In this document: positions 28,742-39,126 of the stretch, one piece after another | Numbering within the stretch: position 1 is the stretch's first letter | Layout of the letters: every line of letters starts with the position of its first letter | DNA from: a virus | Taxonomy: Duplodnaviria > Caudoviricetes | DNA: 54,819 nucleotides | Reading direction: 5' to 3' (one strand) | IMG/VR virus record: IMGVR_UViG_3300031965_000715 | Span: 1-54,819 of that record | Translations under genes and position numbers: made by a program | Notes under the pieces: generated by a model | What the model was told of the DNA's origin: nothing | Seen by the model: only the letters and a program-made list of their open reading frames with translations | The model's database searches: none

Positions 28742-29664
28742 CAGCCAGTGACCTCCAACTCAAAGCCAGCACTAAATCCAGTTTTGTTTGGTTCTGATAT
28801 AGCTTCACTTGGTGTTAAAATTATACCTTTCCATTCTCTACTCTCAAAATCTAACACTTTAATTTCCTGACCCAGTGACCAGTGAATAAAATTAAGCAAT
28901 GCTACAATAGTAGCCTCTGATAAATTAGTAAAAGAAAATATTAGTCGCTGGGCACTGGGCCAGGTATAATCACTATAGATTTCTAGATCACCTCCTCTAG
29001 TACGCCTGTTAATTCTACGTGGCTCAAATTGTTCCACATTGTCAAAATTTGGGTTCCTTAGTTCCAATTCTAGTGTAGAACTAGTATACGGCCAGTAAAG
29101 AATTGTGGTATTTCTCCTTATTAAAGTAGGTGGTGTAACTCCTAAATTATAGGAGCAGTAGTTAAAAGTAAAGTAAGAGACTGCACTCTCTATACTAAGA
29201 CTATTACTTACTGATTTATAAATAACTCCATCAGTAGTGACATTTTGTGTTAAATTTAATACGCTAGCAACCTCGTACCCAACCCAAGCTTCTACAGCCT
29301 GAGTGATATTTAATTGGCTTTCAACAGTTTCATGTAAGATTATTTCTACAGAATCTGTTATATTTAATATATGTTGATAGTTTAAAGGAATAGCATTTTT
29401 AACAAAACTGCCCAAGCCCAACTGGCTTTCGACAGATATACTTAGTATCATATTTAGTGAAATATTTTGACGAAGACCTTTATCTACTAATAATGCAGCT
29501 ACAGCATCTTCATCGTACACATCTACGTTAATTAGTTCATTAGGGTCTATATCCGAAGCACTGGCTTGTAAATTAGTATCTACGGTTACGTAAATAGGTC
29601 CCATATAACTCATTAATTGAGCTATACTAAGTTCTGAGGTTATAGTTTCTGTGTAAATAGACAT
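28741..29664 (-). CDS. Putative distal-tail-like protein with N-terminal beta repeats
   Basis: Repeats of ETVESQLNITQ type followed by a domain similar to the C-terminus of 46406..47683. Confidence 0.55.
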   Translation of the reverse strand: MSIYTETITSELSIAQLMSYMGPIYVTVDTNLQASASDIDPNELINVDVYDEDAVAALLVDKGLRQNISLNMILSISVESQLGLGSFVKNAIPLNYQHILNITDSVEIILHETVESQLNITQAVEAWVGYEVASVLNLTQNVTTDGVIYKSVSNSLSIESAVSYFTFNYCSYNLGVTPPTLIRRNTTILYWPYTSSTLELELRNPNFDNVEQFEPRRINRRTRGGDLEIYSDYTWPSAQRLIFSFTNLSEATIVALLNFIHWSLGQEIKVLDFESREWKGIILTPSEAISEPNKTGFSAGFELEVTG

Positions 29665-29666
29665 CG

Positions 29667-30323
29667 TTATGCACTAACTGAGTAAGTGAGTTTCAGTTGG
29701 TCTCCACTGGTCACTGGTACAGAAGCAGAAAACAAACCAGTTGACCAAAGTGTACCACTTCCACCAGATTTAGAACTGTTAGAAACAACAAATATTCCTC
29801 TTACAGTGCCACCTGCTCCACTAATATTAAAAGTAATAGGTGAAGCATTTGTTACTGTCTGACCAGAAGAAGCTCCTGAACCCCAAGCAACTCTTGTTGT
29901 TTCTGAATAATTAGTAAATTCTGTCCAACCTGTATGGCTGGCCATTGTGTCAGCATCAGCTAAAGCTGTAAAACCTGAGTTGTCAATAAGGCCAACAAAC
30001 CAGCTATTATTAGCAATTTGTGTAACATCATTAAACATTACATCAAGAAGCAAGTCTTTCCCAACATCTGTTTCAGCGTTAGGAAAATCGTAAATTGCCT
30101 TTAGATTACCAAAGAGATCACGATGTTCAATGTGAAATTGTCCTTTAAGATTTAAAATAGAGTTCATTGGGTTTTTTACCTCCGAAGAGTCTCCACAGTG
30201 TTCACAACGAATAAGCCACTCACGCTTGTTTCCACACTTTCTGCAAGTTACTGGAAATTCTAACTTTTGTTGTTTCCGAATAACTTGTACATCGATAGTT
30301 TGATTTAAGCCAATCTTATTCAT
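29667..30323 (-). CDS. Virion beta-sandwich fibre-type protein with N-terminal CxxC..CxxC
   Basis: N..T..G..LLD, ADTMASHTGWTE, TNASPITF, GDQLKLTY resemble a common phage structural family. Confidence 0.65.
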   Translation of the reverse strand: MNKIGLNQTIDVQVIRKQQKLEFPVTCRKCGNKREWLIRCEHCGDSSEVKNPMNSILNLKGQFHIEHRDLFGNLKAIYDFPNAETDVGKDLLLDVMFNDVTQIANNSWFVGLIDNSGFTALADADTMASHTGWTEFTNYSETTRVAWGSGASSGQTVTNASPITFNISGAGGTVRGIFVVSNSSKSGGSGTLWSTGLFSASVPVTSGDQLKLTYSVSA

Positions 30324-33300
30324 TAATTTAATCTCGCTGTTCCCCTACGCATTTCTCTACGTAAGGCTTGAGCAATTGTTCTGGCAGTAGTTTCAGATGA
30401 ACCACCGCCTTGAACAGTGACATTGATGTCACCGACATTATTATTAATAACTTCGCCACCTGTATTAAATCTGGCTGCACCGGAGTTCATAGCTATTAGT
30501 GAAGGTAGATATCTTCTAGCAGAGATTGAATTCATAACAAATTCGCCAGGCGACAACAAGGTTTGTATAGAGTCAGATGCGACAGAGCCTCCGCCAGTAA
30601 ATCGTCGTATATTGCCACCTGTCCATTCCTTTATAACTATTGCAGTTCTTGAATCCCTTAGTATCTTATATTCCTCTGGCGAAAGTTGCATAATGACTTT
30701 AACATCGTTAGCAATCTTACTTGTTAATTTGGAAAGTGCTTCCATTCTAACTCTTAATTCTTCATATTTCCCTACACCTATAGTCGGGGCATCAACGAAA
30801 GCAAACTGTATAAATTCTCTGTAGCCTGTAGCTTCGCCAATTGCATTTTTAAATCTATCAAAAGTTTCAGCTAATGTACGTATATCAGCATGACTTCTTT
30901 GTAGATTTAGTCCAATAGAATTAATTTCTTTAATTGCTTCTGTTACACCAGGCAAATAGGTGTCCCCAATTTGGTTAAGCAAATATTTTGCTTGACCAAG
31001 TTGTTCAGTTATATAGGAGCTACTATATTCCCCCGTCTTATCACCTAATGCTAGTTCAGAATCTATTATTTTTATTGTCTCTAGCAATTCTTTATATTTA
31101 GCTAGTTTGGGATCAGTTTTTTTTGCACCGTATCCCTGTTTAAAACGTAATGAATCCTGAAAAAAAAGTTCTTTTATCGCTGCTGAAAGCAATCTAACTT
31201 GTTCAATATTTTTAGAAAAATCTAATGTTCTCTTTTCTAAATCCTTACCTATTTTTGTACCTTTTTCAAAATACTCCTGTAATGCTTTAGTATTTTTCTT
31301 AAGTTGTTCCTCTTCTTCTTCTAGTTGTTTTACATAATTTATATTTCTAATATCACCTTTTTTAAGATTAATACTATGTGTTTCTTCAACAATCTCTTTT
31401 AGCTTTTTAAGATATTCATCTGCATTTTTTATACCCCAACCTTCAATACCGATAGTTTTTCCACCTTTTCTTGTATATGTAATTACTTCACTTTGTACTT
31501 TCTTAAGCTGTTTAAATTCACTAATTAGCCCTCTTATCTCACTAACTGTGGAAGAATAATCCTCTCTATCGGTAATATCTGGTAGCCTAACTAATAATTC
31601 TTTTATTCTATTTTCAAGTATTGCTCCTTTTTGTATATTTGATTTTGCTAAATCTAGTTTTATATCATGTAAAAGTTTCTCTCCTTCAATTTGCTTTTGT
31701 TGTAGTTTTATATTTGCTTCAATATCTTTACGTATATTAGCAGATGCTTGCTGAATTGTTTGCATAATTCTTCTAGCTGCTGCACCGTATACTTTAACAG
31801 TATTATGCAAGTTATAAGCGTGCGAAGCCAATGCTTTACTATTTATTTGTGTTATTGCTTCTTCTAAATCACCCATTATTTCTTCTAGACTTCTACTTGC
31901 TTTTTCAGTTATATCAAGTATCTTACTCATACCATAATAACCAGCTAACCCAACTAGTAAAAATAAATTTGGTGTTGTTAATAAAATTCTTTTTATATTT
32001 GCTAGTGAAAATGAAAGTAAATTTGCTTCAGCAGCGGCTGTTACTGATGCAGCACCTAAAACTCGTGTTCCTATTGCAGTTGAAATTAACTGAACTCTTA
32101 AGGCAGCCAAAAGCGTGTTTAACCCAACTAAAGATTTTCCTAATAAATAAAGCCCACCAGATACAACTAAAAACTCAAGGCTTTTACTTAGGGCAATTAC
32201 TGCTTTGTCTAAGCCATTAATAGCATCAGCAATATTTACAAATATTGTTAAAAACTTTTTACCAAAGTCGACAGTAAAAACGTTTTTCATTTTTTGTATT
32301 TCTTTTCTAAATCTAAATCCTAAATTTTCTAACATTTCTTCTAATGCGGCATTAGCATTATCTGCACCATGTTCTATTTCGTATAAATTATCCTCAAACT
32401 TGTCAAATGCTCCTACAAGTCCTGTTACACCAACAATAGCCCTAATACGTTGGAAGAGTTCACCTAGCTCCTCAATAGGCTCTCCTGTAATCTCAACTTG
32501 CTCAGCCAATTTTCTTAAAACACCAACAAATCCATATGTTTCAATAGCTTGTTGACCAGTTGCTACACCCCATTCAGCAAATAGTTCTTTCATTGCGTCT
32601 GTTGGGCGTATTAATTTTAACATAACATTTCTAAGACCAGTTGTAGCATGTGATGAATTCAAACCTTGTATAGTTAATGTTGCTATAGCAGCATTGATTT
32701 CACCAATTGATATTTTAAGTTGTGAACCTACTGCACCTAATTGTCCAAAACTATTAACTAACTCACTACCACGAATACGGCCTAACTCAATAGTCTTAAA
32801 GAACTGATTCGATAAATCTCTAGCATCATCAATGCTTAAATTATATGCATTTAGTGCACCTGATAATAAATTAACTGAATCCTCTGAGCTTGCTAAAGCT
32901 ATAACTGCAAAGCGGTGTGCCTCGGCCATAAATTTTGTTGTTTCAGTACCTTCTGAAATCTGATTTGATAGTGTTTGATAAAAGCCTTCAGCAGTATCTA
33001 GTAAATCAGATCCATATAAATCAGAAAGCTTTCTTACCTCGTTAGACCAACGCCCAATTAAAAGTTGATTATGTTGAGATATAGTTCTTATTTCACCAAG
33101 CCTTAATTGAAACTCTTGAGCATTTTCTACCATATCATAAAACTGCCGCATCATAGCTCCTATAACTCTAGCTATTGTGGAGCCAATTATAATCCGCTGG
33201 ACACTGTGCCAACTTATAAGAGTACTCCTTGAGTGCGTAGCAAATTGTTTAATTTGTTGATTGGCAGCAACTAAATTTGTTGCTGTTTTAGCAGTATTTT

Positions 33301-33676
33301 GTGCTGTTTGATTTGTTGCAGTTGCCATACCTAAGTATGCGGCAACAGCGGCATTGGTAGTATTACCTTCTGTTGTACCCTTACCTGTATAAGTTCCAGT
33401 TCCTAAGTAAGCGGCAGTTCTAAGTGCTGTTATTTTTCGAGCTTGTAACTCAAGGTGCTTATTGACCCCTAATAAGGTATTAACATCACTTGCTGCCTTC
33501 CTGGCACTTGTGCTAATCCCTATGAAAGGATCTTTCACATTGCCAACAGAGTGTAGAGACTTTGCTAGTTCTAAATTAGCTCTTGATAATTCATTTGATA
33601 AGGACGCAGCTTGTTTTAGCTCTTTTAAGCCTTCAACAACAAATCTCAAAATTGTTTCAGCAGTTTCATCAGCCAT
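30323..33676 (-). CDS. Tail tape measure protein (TP901-type core)
   Basis: 1117 aa, helical; YQTLS, LNAYNL, TIELG, ATLTIQG...ATTGLR; C-terminal GGSV..DSI.TLLSPGEFVMN. Confidence 0.92.
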   Translation of the reverse strand: MADETAETILRFVVEGLKELKQAASLSNELSRANLELAKSLHSVGNVKDPFIGISTSARKAASDVNTLLGVNKHLELQARKITALRTAAYLGTGTYTGKGTTEGNTTNAAVAAYLGMATATNQTAQNTAKTATNLVAANQQIKQFATHSRSTLISWHSVQRIIIGSTIARVIGAMMRQFYDMVENAQEFQLRLGEIRTISQHNQLLIGRWSNEVRKLSDLYGSDLLDTAEGFYQTLSNQISEGTETTKFMAEAHRFAVIALASSEDSVNLLSGALNAYNLSIDDARDLSNQFFKTIELGRIRGSELVNSFGQLGAVGSQLKISIGEINAAIATLTIQGLNSSHATTGLRNVMLKLIRPTDAMKELFAEWGVATGQQAIETYGFVGVLRKLAEQVEITGEPIEELGELFQRIRAIVGVTGLVGAFDKFEDNLYEIEHGADNANAALEEMLENLGFRFRKEIQKMKNVFTVDFGKKFLTIFVNIADAINGLDKAVIALSKSLEFLVVSGGLYLLGKSLVGLNTLLAALRVQLISTAIGTRVLGAASVTAAAEANLLSFSLANIKRILLTTPNLFLLVGLAGYYGMSKILDITEKASRSLEEIMGDLEEAITQINSKALASHAYNLHNTVKVYGAAARRIMQTIQQASANIRKDIEANIKLQQKQIEGEKLLHDIKLDLAKSNIQKGAILENRIKELLVRLPDITDREDYSSTVSEIRGLISEFKQLKKVQSEVITYTRKGGKTIGIEGWGIKNADEYLKKLKEIVEETHSINLKKGDIRNINYVKQLEEEEEQLKKNTKALQEYFEKGTKIGKDLEKRTLDFSKNIEQVRLLSAAIKELFFQDSLRFKQGYGAKKTDPKLAKYKELLETIKIIDSELALGDKTGEYSSSYITEQLGQAKYLLNQIGDTYLPGVTEAIKEINSIGLNLQRSHADIRTLAETFDRFKNAIGEATGYREFIQFAFVDAPTIGVGKYEELRVRMEALSKLTSKIANDVKVIMQLSPEEYKILRDSRTAIVIKEWTGGNIRRFTGGGSVASDSIQTLLSPGEFVMNSISARRYLPSLIAMNSGAARFNTGGEVINNNVGDINVTVQGGGSSETTARTIAQALRREMRRGTARLN

Positions 33677-34233
33677 TAGCGTACCTTAACAATCGTTGGC
33701 CTAAAACTGTTTTTGACTTCAGCTAATCGTTTTGGAACACTATTTAACAAGTATTGTTGCCAATCCCATGCCCCAAGGGAAAAAGCGTGCCAGATACTAG
33801 GCTCTGTTAAGTGAAATTTAGATGGTGCTTGAAGATAATCATTAAATTTAAGATAAAAAAGATCGGTGTAAAATGTAAATTCCATTTCAAAAGCAGGATA
33901 GCTTTTTTTAGTTATTTTATGGAAACCAGCTACTTTACCGAAACCAGTCTCTATTCGCCTACTATTGTAGTAAATATATTTCTTTTGAGCAGCTCGTTTT
34001 GCATTAGTCGGTCCACCACGTGGACCAATTTTATGGACTGCTCTATGTAATGATTTGCCCACAGATACAAAAACACCTCTAGCTGTACCTGTATATGTTG
34101 GAATTTGAGCAAGAGCACTTTTTAACCATACCCTAAGAGCTTGCTTAAAATGCGACTCTAACGCACTCTCTAAGGTTTTAGTCAACTTAACTTTATTAAT
34201 TTTAAAAGTTGCTACTTGTCCACTTGTTTTCAT
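33676..34233 (-). CDS. Putative tail completion/neck protein
   Basis: Basic 185-aa protein with IPTYTGTAR (PxxTG) motif, HK97 gp10-like pattern. Confidence 0.55.
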   Translation of the reverse strand: MKTSGQVATFKINKVKLTKTLESALESHFKQALRVWLKSALAQIPTYTGTARGVFVSVGKSLHRAVHKIGPRGGPTNAKRAAQKKYIYYNSRRIETGFGKVAGFHKITKKSYPAFEMEFTFYTDLFYLKFNDYLQAPSKFHLTEPSIWHAFSLGAWDWQQYLLNSVPKRLAEVKNSFRPTIVKVR

Positions 34234-34463
34234 TTTAATATTTTCCTTACAAATTTACCCATAGCAAGTTCAGCTTCCTCAAGTTCTCTTATTTGTTCAT
34301 AAGCTAATAGTCTTGCTATTGTATAACTAGAATTATCGTAAAAGTTCTCCTTTATTGTAGGTAGTGTTAAATTAAATCTTTCACAAATTCGCCAAGTATA
34401 GTACAGCAATGTTCTTCCGGGGGCTAAATTTATTTTTCTTCCGCCCCCAGACCAGCTAAAAAA
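34230..34463 (-). CDS. Tail assembly chaperone C-terminal extension (gpT-like), expressed by -1 frameshift
   Basis: Open -1 frame from the slippery T TTT TTA to a TGA that overlaps the next ATG; not in the ORF track. Confidence 0.85.
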   Translation of the reverse strand, partial: FFSWSGGGRKINLAPGRTLLYYTWRICERFNLTLPTIKENFYDNSSYTIARLLAYEQIRELEEAELAMGKFVRKILK

Positions 34464-34900
34464 TCTTGCCTCGCTTGCTCAATCATTGCTTCATCAAGAG
34501 CATTAGCTTTCATAACTCCTCTAATTATACGCCCTTGTTCAATATCTGTTAAATTAGCTTCTTTTAACTCTTTTTTAAAATTGCTCCATGTTTCAGGCTT
34601 ACTAAAATCTACTGTTTCCCACTCTAAGTCTTTAGTAGCGAGCAGAGACTTTAATACAATATAATTAATTCTGTTTGTAGCATACTCATCCAAAGCTTTT
34701 TTATACTCAGGATTATTTGGGTCTGATACTTTTTGCCCACCTTTAACAAGTTTTACAGGTGGTTTTGGTTCTGGACATAGTTTATCAAATTCTTCAAAAT
34801 CTTCTACTGCTTCAGCAATAAAGATAAGATTTTCGCCAGGTCTTGTAATAGGAATAATCTCCAAATTCCTACCTTCAACCTTTTTGCCTTTGTACTTCAT
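34430..34900 (-). CDS. Tail assembly chaperone (gpG-like)
   Basis: Lies between the tail tube and tape measure genes; AAGGAG SD supports the start MKYKG at 34900 rather than 35032. Confidence 0.85.
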   Translation of the reverse strand: MKYKGKKVEGRNLEIIPITRPGENLIFIAEAVEDFEEFDKLCPEPKPPVKLVKGGQKVSDPNNPEYKKALDEYATNRINYIVLKSLLATKDLEWETVDFSKPETWSNFKKELKEANLTDIEQGRIIRGVMKANALDEAMIEQARQDFLAGLGAEEK

Positions 34901-34925
34901 TTTATAATCTCCTTGGGTGTTAATT

Positions 34926-35741
34926 TTAACCAATATCAGCATTAAGCACACGTCGTGCCGTCGCTTCTTTGCGGTTACATCGGCCAGAAGTTGAGATAGT
35001 TCCTTCACGAAGATCATGATCGAGAGATTCATAGTAATACTCTTCGAGCATAATTATCTCATCTTGGATACCTGTACAATTTGGTGCATTCCATACTTCA
35101 ATATCAATACAGAAAGGCTGACATGCATCATCAGCAGTTGTCAACCATGCAGCAGCCTCGCTGCGATTTTTTAATACATCTTCAATAGTTGGCGTACCAC
35201 CAGTTATTGATGTGATGTATTCCCATGTTGCATCAAGGGAAACATCGAGAGGTTCTTCATCAGCCTCTCGAACAGTATCTAAGATACCGCGATCTCTTGT
35301 GAATTCAACATTTCTATGTTCACTATAGGTAAGGTTTCCTTCACCAATTTTAACACTGATGCTGTTTTGACCATCAAGAGTAGTTTCAGCAATAGCATCA
35401 ACGATACCTGCACCTGCTGTTTCAAGAGCAACAGTTACAAGTGCATTAGCAGTAGCATTAGCCTCAATAGCGGTTTTAATAAGTGCTGCTGTGCTACTAA
35501 TAGCACTTGTTGCGTCAGTAGCTAACGTAATTGTAATCTTACGCCCTGTGACAGAAACTGCTAATGCTCCACTAGCAGCAGAAGGATCTATCATTTCAAC
35601 GCTAACTTTATCACTGCCTATATGTTTGCTTTTAGCAGTAAAAGTAAGATCGGCATCTGAAGCAGCACTATCTAAGATAGCTGTGCCTAAGGTGCCATCA
35701 AAGATTCTAATTTCCGCTTCTTTAAGATCAATTTGAGCCAT
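34926..35741 (-). CDS. Major tail tube protein with inserted Ig-like domain
   Basis: Position before the chaperone; Ala/Thr-rich insertion (about aa 18-122) within an acidic beta core. Confidence 0.75.
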   Translation of the reverse strand: MAQIDLKEAEIRIFDGTLGTAILDSAASDADLTFTAKSKHIGSDKVSVEMIDPSAASGALAVSVTGRKITITLATDATSAISSTAALIKTAIEANATANALVTVALETAGAGIVDAIAETTLDGQNSISVKIGEGNLTYSEHRNVEFTRDRGILDTVREADEEPLDVSLDATWEYITSITGGTPTIEDVLKNRSEAAAWLTTADDACQPFCIDIEVWNAPNCTGIQDEIIMLEEYYYESLDHDLREGTISTSGRCNRKEATARRVLNADIG

Positions 35742-35745
35742 TTAC

Positions 35746-36300
35746 TTAACTCCTTAACTTCCAAATTTCCAAACGATAGTGGCCTTCGACTGTTGATTGC
35801 ATGAGTCTTACATCAGGCTTAATTATTCCATAGTTATTAATATTAATAGCTTCACGTAAATCCCTTTGTAAATGTAGACACTCTATTAAAGAACCATCGT
35901 CAAGTGGACCATCCCCATAAGCATAAATTGAAATGCTATTTGTAAAAGCTTTTGAAAATATACCAATGGCTGTTTGTATATTATATAGGTTCTGTAAGTC
36001 TGGGTGGGCCTGAATTAAAATATTTATTTCTAAGTCAAGGTAATAGAGCCCTTTTTGTGGTACTAGTATGAAAGGGCCATCTATTCTTAATTCTGCAAAC
36101 TCAGCATTATCTTGCTGGGTACGTTCATCACCTTCTAAATACAAATTAGAAATACTTCTTCTATCTATGAAATGTTTATTTATTGATGCTGTTATCCATC
36201 TTTGCCAATCAGCATGTACCTCATATGGATCAAGCTGTAGAATATTGCTTGAAGTTACTTCTAACTGATTCTCAACCTGCGGTCTTACTACCTTTGCCAT
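35746..36300 (-). CDS. Putative tail terminator
   Basis: Synteny and size. Confidence 0.55.
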   Translation of the reverse strand: MAKVVRPQVENQLEVTSSNILQLDPYEVHADWQRWITASINKHFIDRRSISNLYLEGDERTQQDNAEFAELRIDGPFILVPQKGLYYLDLEINILIQAHPDLQNLYNIQTAIGIFSKAFTNSISIYAYGDGPLDDGSLIECLHLQRDLREAININNYGIIKPDVRLMQSTVEGHYRLEIWKLRS

Positions 36301-36863
36301 TAAGGTACCTCACTTATTTCATGTGTTAAATTTAATATAGTTTCAACTGTTCTTGTTAAAGAATCAGTTATTGTATTTGATACTTCAGTTGTTATATCTA
36401 AGATAGAAATAACACTTTCTATTCGCATAATTGGGGCACCTCTTAGTTTTCTGACTAGAAGAGCCCATCCATAATTATCTTCAAAATGGTAAATTTCCTT
36501 TACATCGTACCTATGGTCTTGGAATACTATAAAGTCCTCTCCTGTAGGTTCAAAATTAATAGGAGTATCAGAAGCTTCAATAAGAATTTGCCTATCTTCA
36601 GGGTCAAAGAAAGCACCTGTAGTAAAATCTTTATTAGCTGAAATATAAGCTAAATCATAAACGAAGCTTCTGAACTCCCTTGCTCTTAAAACAATAGCTT
36701 TCGATATATCTGTCTTACTATATTCAGTAATTTTTTCACCTGTCTCAGGACTAGTCGTACTACTGGTAACTCTGTAATACTGTATAGGCAGACCGTAAGA
36801 CCTCTTCAGTTTATAGAAGACATTCTTAATAAATCTAAGTTTGTTTCTCAACATTTTAGCCAC
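36300..36863 (-). CDS. Putative head-closure protein
   Basis: Follows the capsid gene; SPETGE...EPTGEDFIVFQDHRYDV pattern. Confidence 0.6.
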   Translation of the reverse strand: MAKMLRNKLRFIKNVFYKLKRSYGLPIQYYRVTSSTTSPETGEKITEYSKTDISKAIVLRAREFRSFVYDLAYISANKDFTTGAFFDPEDRQILIEASDTPINFEPTGEDFIVFQDHRYDVKEIYHFEDNYGWALLVRKLRGAPIMRIESVISILDITTEVSNTITDSLTRTVETILNLTHEISEVP

Positions 36864-36878
36864 TGTTTGAAATGATGA

Positions 36879-38297
36879 TTAACCAATCATTGGGGCACCA
36901 AGTGCTGTCTCAAGCACTTTGAGACCACAAAGTAAATCAACAGTAACGAGAACGCCTTGCGTCGTTCCATTATAAGTCATAGTAACACGGATACCAACGC
37001 CACCAAAACTAGCGACAGACGAAAGTGCTAGTCTCGAAGGTGCAGGTGCAAGAGGTCGGCTAACCAAAGCAATAGCATTACGATGGAAAGCGAAATTGTG
37101 TTGGGCCGGAGGACCAAAGTGAACCTCGTCATCCTCTACAAGTGCTACTCCAAGTGGCTTATTAAGAGTAATACCAATAGTATTACCAGAAGACTCCGTT
37201 GTTTCAATAACTGAGTAAATACCAGCCTTAATTACGTTAGGCGTACCAGGAGTAGCAAACGTAACTAATGAACCAACAGGAATGGCACCAGTAATACCAT
37301 CAACAACGATCTCTTTTGAATAATTTGCTGCATAGCCAGCGGCAAGATTAACTGCACCCTCGTCACCAATAGTAACAGCATCATCGTCAGCAACAGCAAC
37401 ACGCAATGCAGGGCTAATAGTGACATCAATATCTTCAGTAGTCAAAGTGCCCAAGGCAGTCACCTGATGAACAACGCCACCAACACTGATCCAGTGACCA
37501 ACTTTGAGGGCTGAGCCAGCAGTATCAACGTGAATAACGGATGCCCCAATAGCATACCCAGCAGCAAGATCAATAAGTGGAGCACTTGCATTAACAGGGA
37601 TACCAACAGTATCAGGTGCGTTTTGGCACATAAAGAATTCAAAACCGAACTTTTGGCCGAGAGAAGCCTTTCGCAGTGCCGTACCATCATCACCAACTTT
37701 GTCAGCTTCGTGAAACGTGGACACTTGCAAGGCAACGGCTTCTGTTGTAGGTGTTAAAATAAAATTACGCCCTTCCTCGGTCGCTTTGTTAATATTCATT
37801 CGCTTTCGTGTCTCAACAATATACTGAATAATATTGCTTGTAGTAAGACCACCAGCAATACCTTCAGCATTAGAGTAAAATGCGTGCACCTCGCCAAGTA
37901 ACACACGGTCAACAGCACGCCCAATAGATAAAACAGCAGGTGAAAGATATTCATCTGTAAGCTGTTTAAAGCTTTTTGTTTCCTCACCATCCTTAATCAT
38001 AAAGGAGGTATGGAAGTGCTGATCCAAAGGCACCTGTAGGTTAGTTGCACTTGCATCCTGCACTGTAACAGAGTCAGCATTAACTTTACGCTTTGCTGTA
38101 AATTCAGCAGGCTTGCGTGTATTAACAAGGTCACCAAAACTTGCAACTTCTTCGGAGAAGTCACGGTGAACAAGGTTAGCAATAACCATGTTTTCAACAA
38201 GAATCTGAATGGACTCTTGTGCCCACAACTCAGGAATAAAAGCATCCAGGCTGTTATCATAAACAAGATTAAAGGGTTTTGCTGCAAGAGAAAACAT
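36879..38297 (-). CDS. Major capsid protein (P22 coat-like) with inserted beta domains
   Basis: IPELWAQE, VHRDF, GDLVNTRKP, NFAFHRNAIALVSRPL, DLLCG. Confidence 0.9.
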   Translation of the reverse strand: MFSLAAKPFNLVYDNSLDAFIPELWAQESIQILVENMVIANLVHRDFSEEVASFGDLVNTRKPAEFTAKRKVNADSVTVQDASATNLQVPLDQHFHTSFMIKDGEETKSFKQLTDEYLSPAVLSIGRAVDRVLLGEVHAFYSNAEGIAGGLTTSNIIQYIVETRKRMNINKATEEGRNFILTPTTEAVALQVSTFHEADKVGDDGTALRKASLGQKFGFEFFMCQNAPDTVGIPVNASAPLIDLAAGYAIGASVIHVDTAGSALKVGHWISVGGVVHQVTALGTLTTEDIDVTISPALRVAVADDDAVTIGDEGAVNLAAGYAANYSKEIVVDGITGAIPVGSLVTFATPGTPNVIKAGIYSVIETTESSGNTIGITLNKPLGVALVEDDEVHFGPPAQHNFAFHRNAIALVSRPLAPAPSRLALSSVASFGGVGIRVTMTYNGTTQGVLVTVDLLCGLKVLETALGAPMIG

Positions 38298-38300
38298 TAT

Positions 38301-39116
38301 TTACTTCCTCAACTTAGAAATGTCAAGATCGGGGTTCTTTTTACGCCACTCTCGATACTTAACTGGGTCGCTAAGAATATCTTTCATTGATGCTGTAGTT
38401 TCTGATCCTTGCGAACCAGCACCACCCATGCCGCTATTTGCAGCACCTTTAAATAAGTTACCATATAAGTCAGGTAATTCCTTCATTCTTTTTATAGCAT
38501 CTTCCGGTGACAACTCAAGTGTCACCCGCTCACCAGAATCATTTACATCTTTAAATCTAACAAGTGTTTTGTATTCACCTGTAGGTTGCCCAGTAGCATC
38601 GAGAACCTCACCTAAGTGAGTAGAATTCCCGAGAATCGAAACAATTTGCTCAGGTCTGATAGCTTCGCCTGTGACTGCTGCATCTGTTAATGACCTTTGA
38701 ATTGTGGCAATTGTGTATCTACCACGCCATGAGTCTCGTTCCCCGGTAAGATTTTCAACTTCCTGTTTATGTCTTTTACTGGCTTTTTCAGCCTCTCGCC
38801 TAGCCAGTTCTTCTTTTGACATATACTGTTCTTGAAGCTGTTCAATTCTAGTTTCAAGATCAGCTCTATTTTCTTCTGACATACGAGTTTCGTCACGCAA
38901 CTTTTTTAATTGCGTAACTAGTTCTTCATTTTGTTTAGTTAATTTTCTTTTATTATCAGCCATCATTTTATTAAGCTCATCCTGAGTGAGAGTAATTTTT
39001 TTACCCTCACCAGTACCTCCGGCATTACCTTCACTTCCGGCATTACCTTCGCCTTCGTCTCCGGCATCACCTTCATTGTCATAAACTAAGTGAAAATAGT
39101 TTTTAAAAATAAACAT
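38301..39116 (-). CDS. Capsid scaffolding protein
   Basis: Gly/Glu N-terminus, TQDELNKMM, coiled coil, NLFKG...GG tail; directly upstream of the capsid gene. Confidence 0.85.
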   Translation of the reverse strand: MFIFKNYFHLVYDNEGDAGDEGEGNAGSEGNAGGTGEGKKITLTQDELNKMMADNKRKLTKQNEELVTQLKKLRDETRMSEENRADLETRIEQLQEQYMSKEELARREAEKASKRHKQEVENLTGERDSWRGRYTIATIQRSLTDAAVTGEAIRPEQIVSILGNSTHLGEVLDATGQPTGEYKTLVRFKDVNDSGERVTLELSPEDAIKRMKELPDLYGNLFKGAANSGMGGAGSQGSETTASMKDILSDPVKYREWRKKNPDLDISKLRK

Positions 39117-39126
39117 AGCAATCTCC

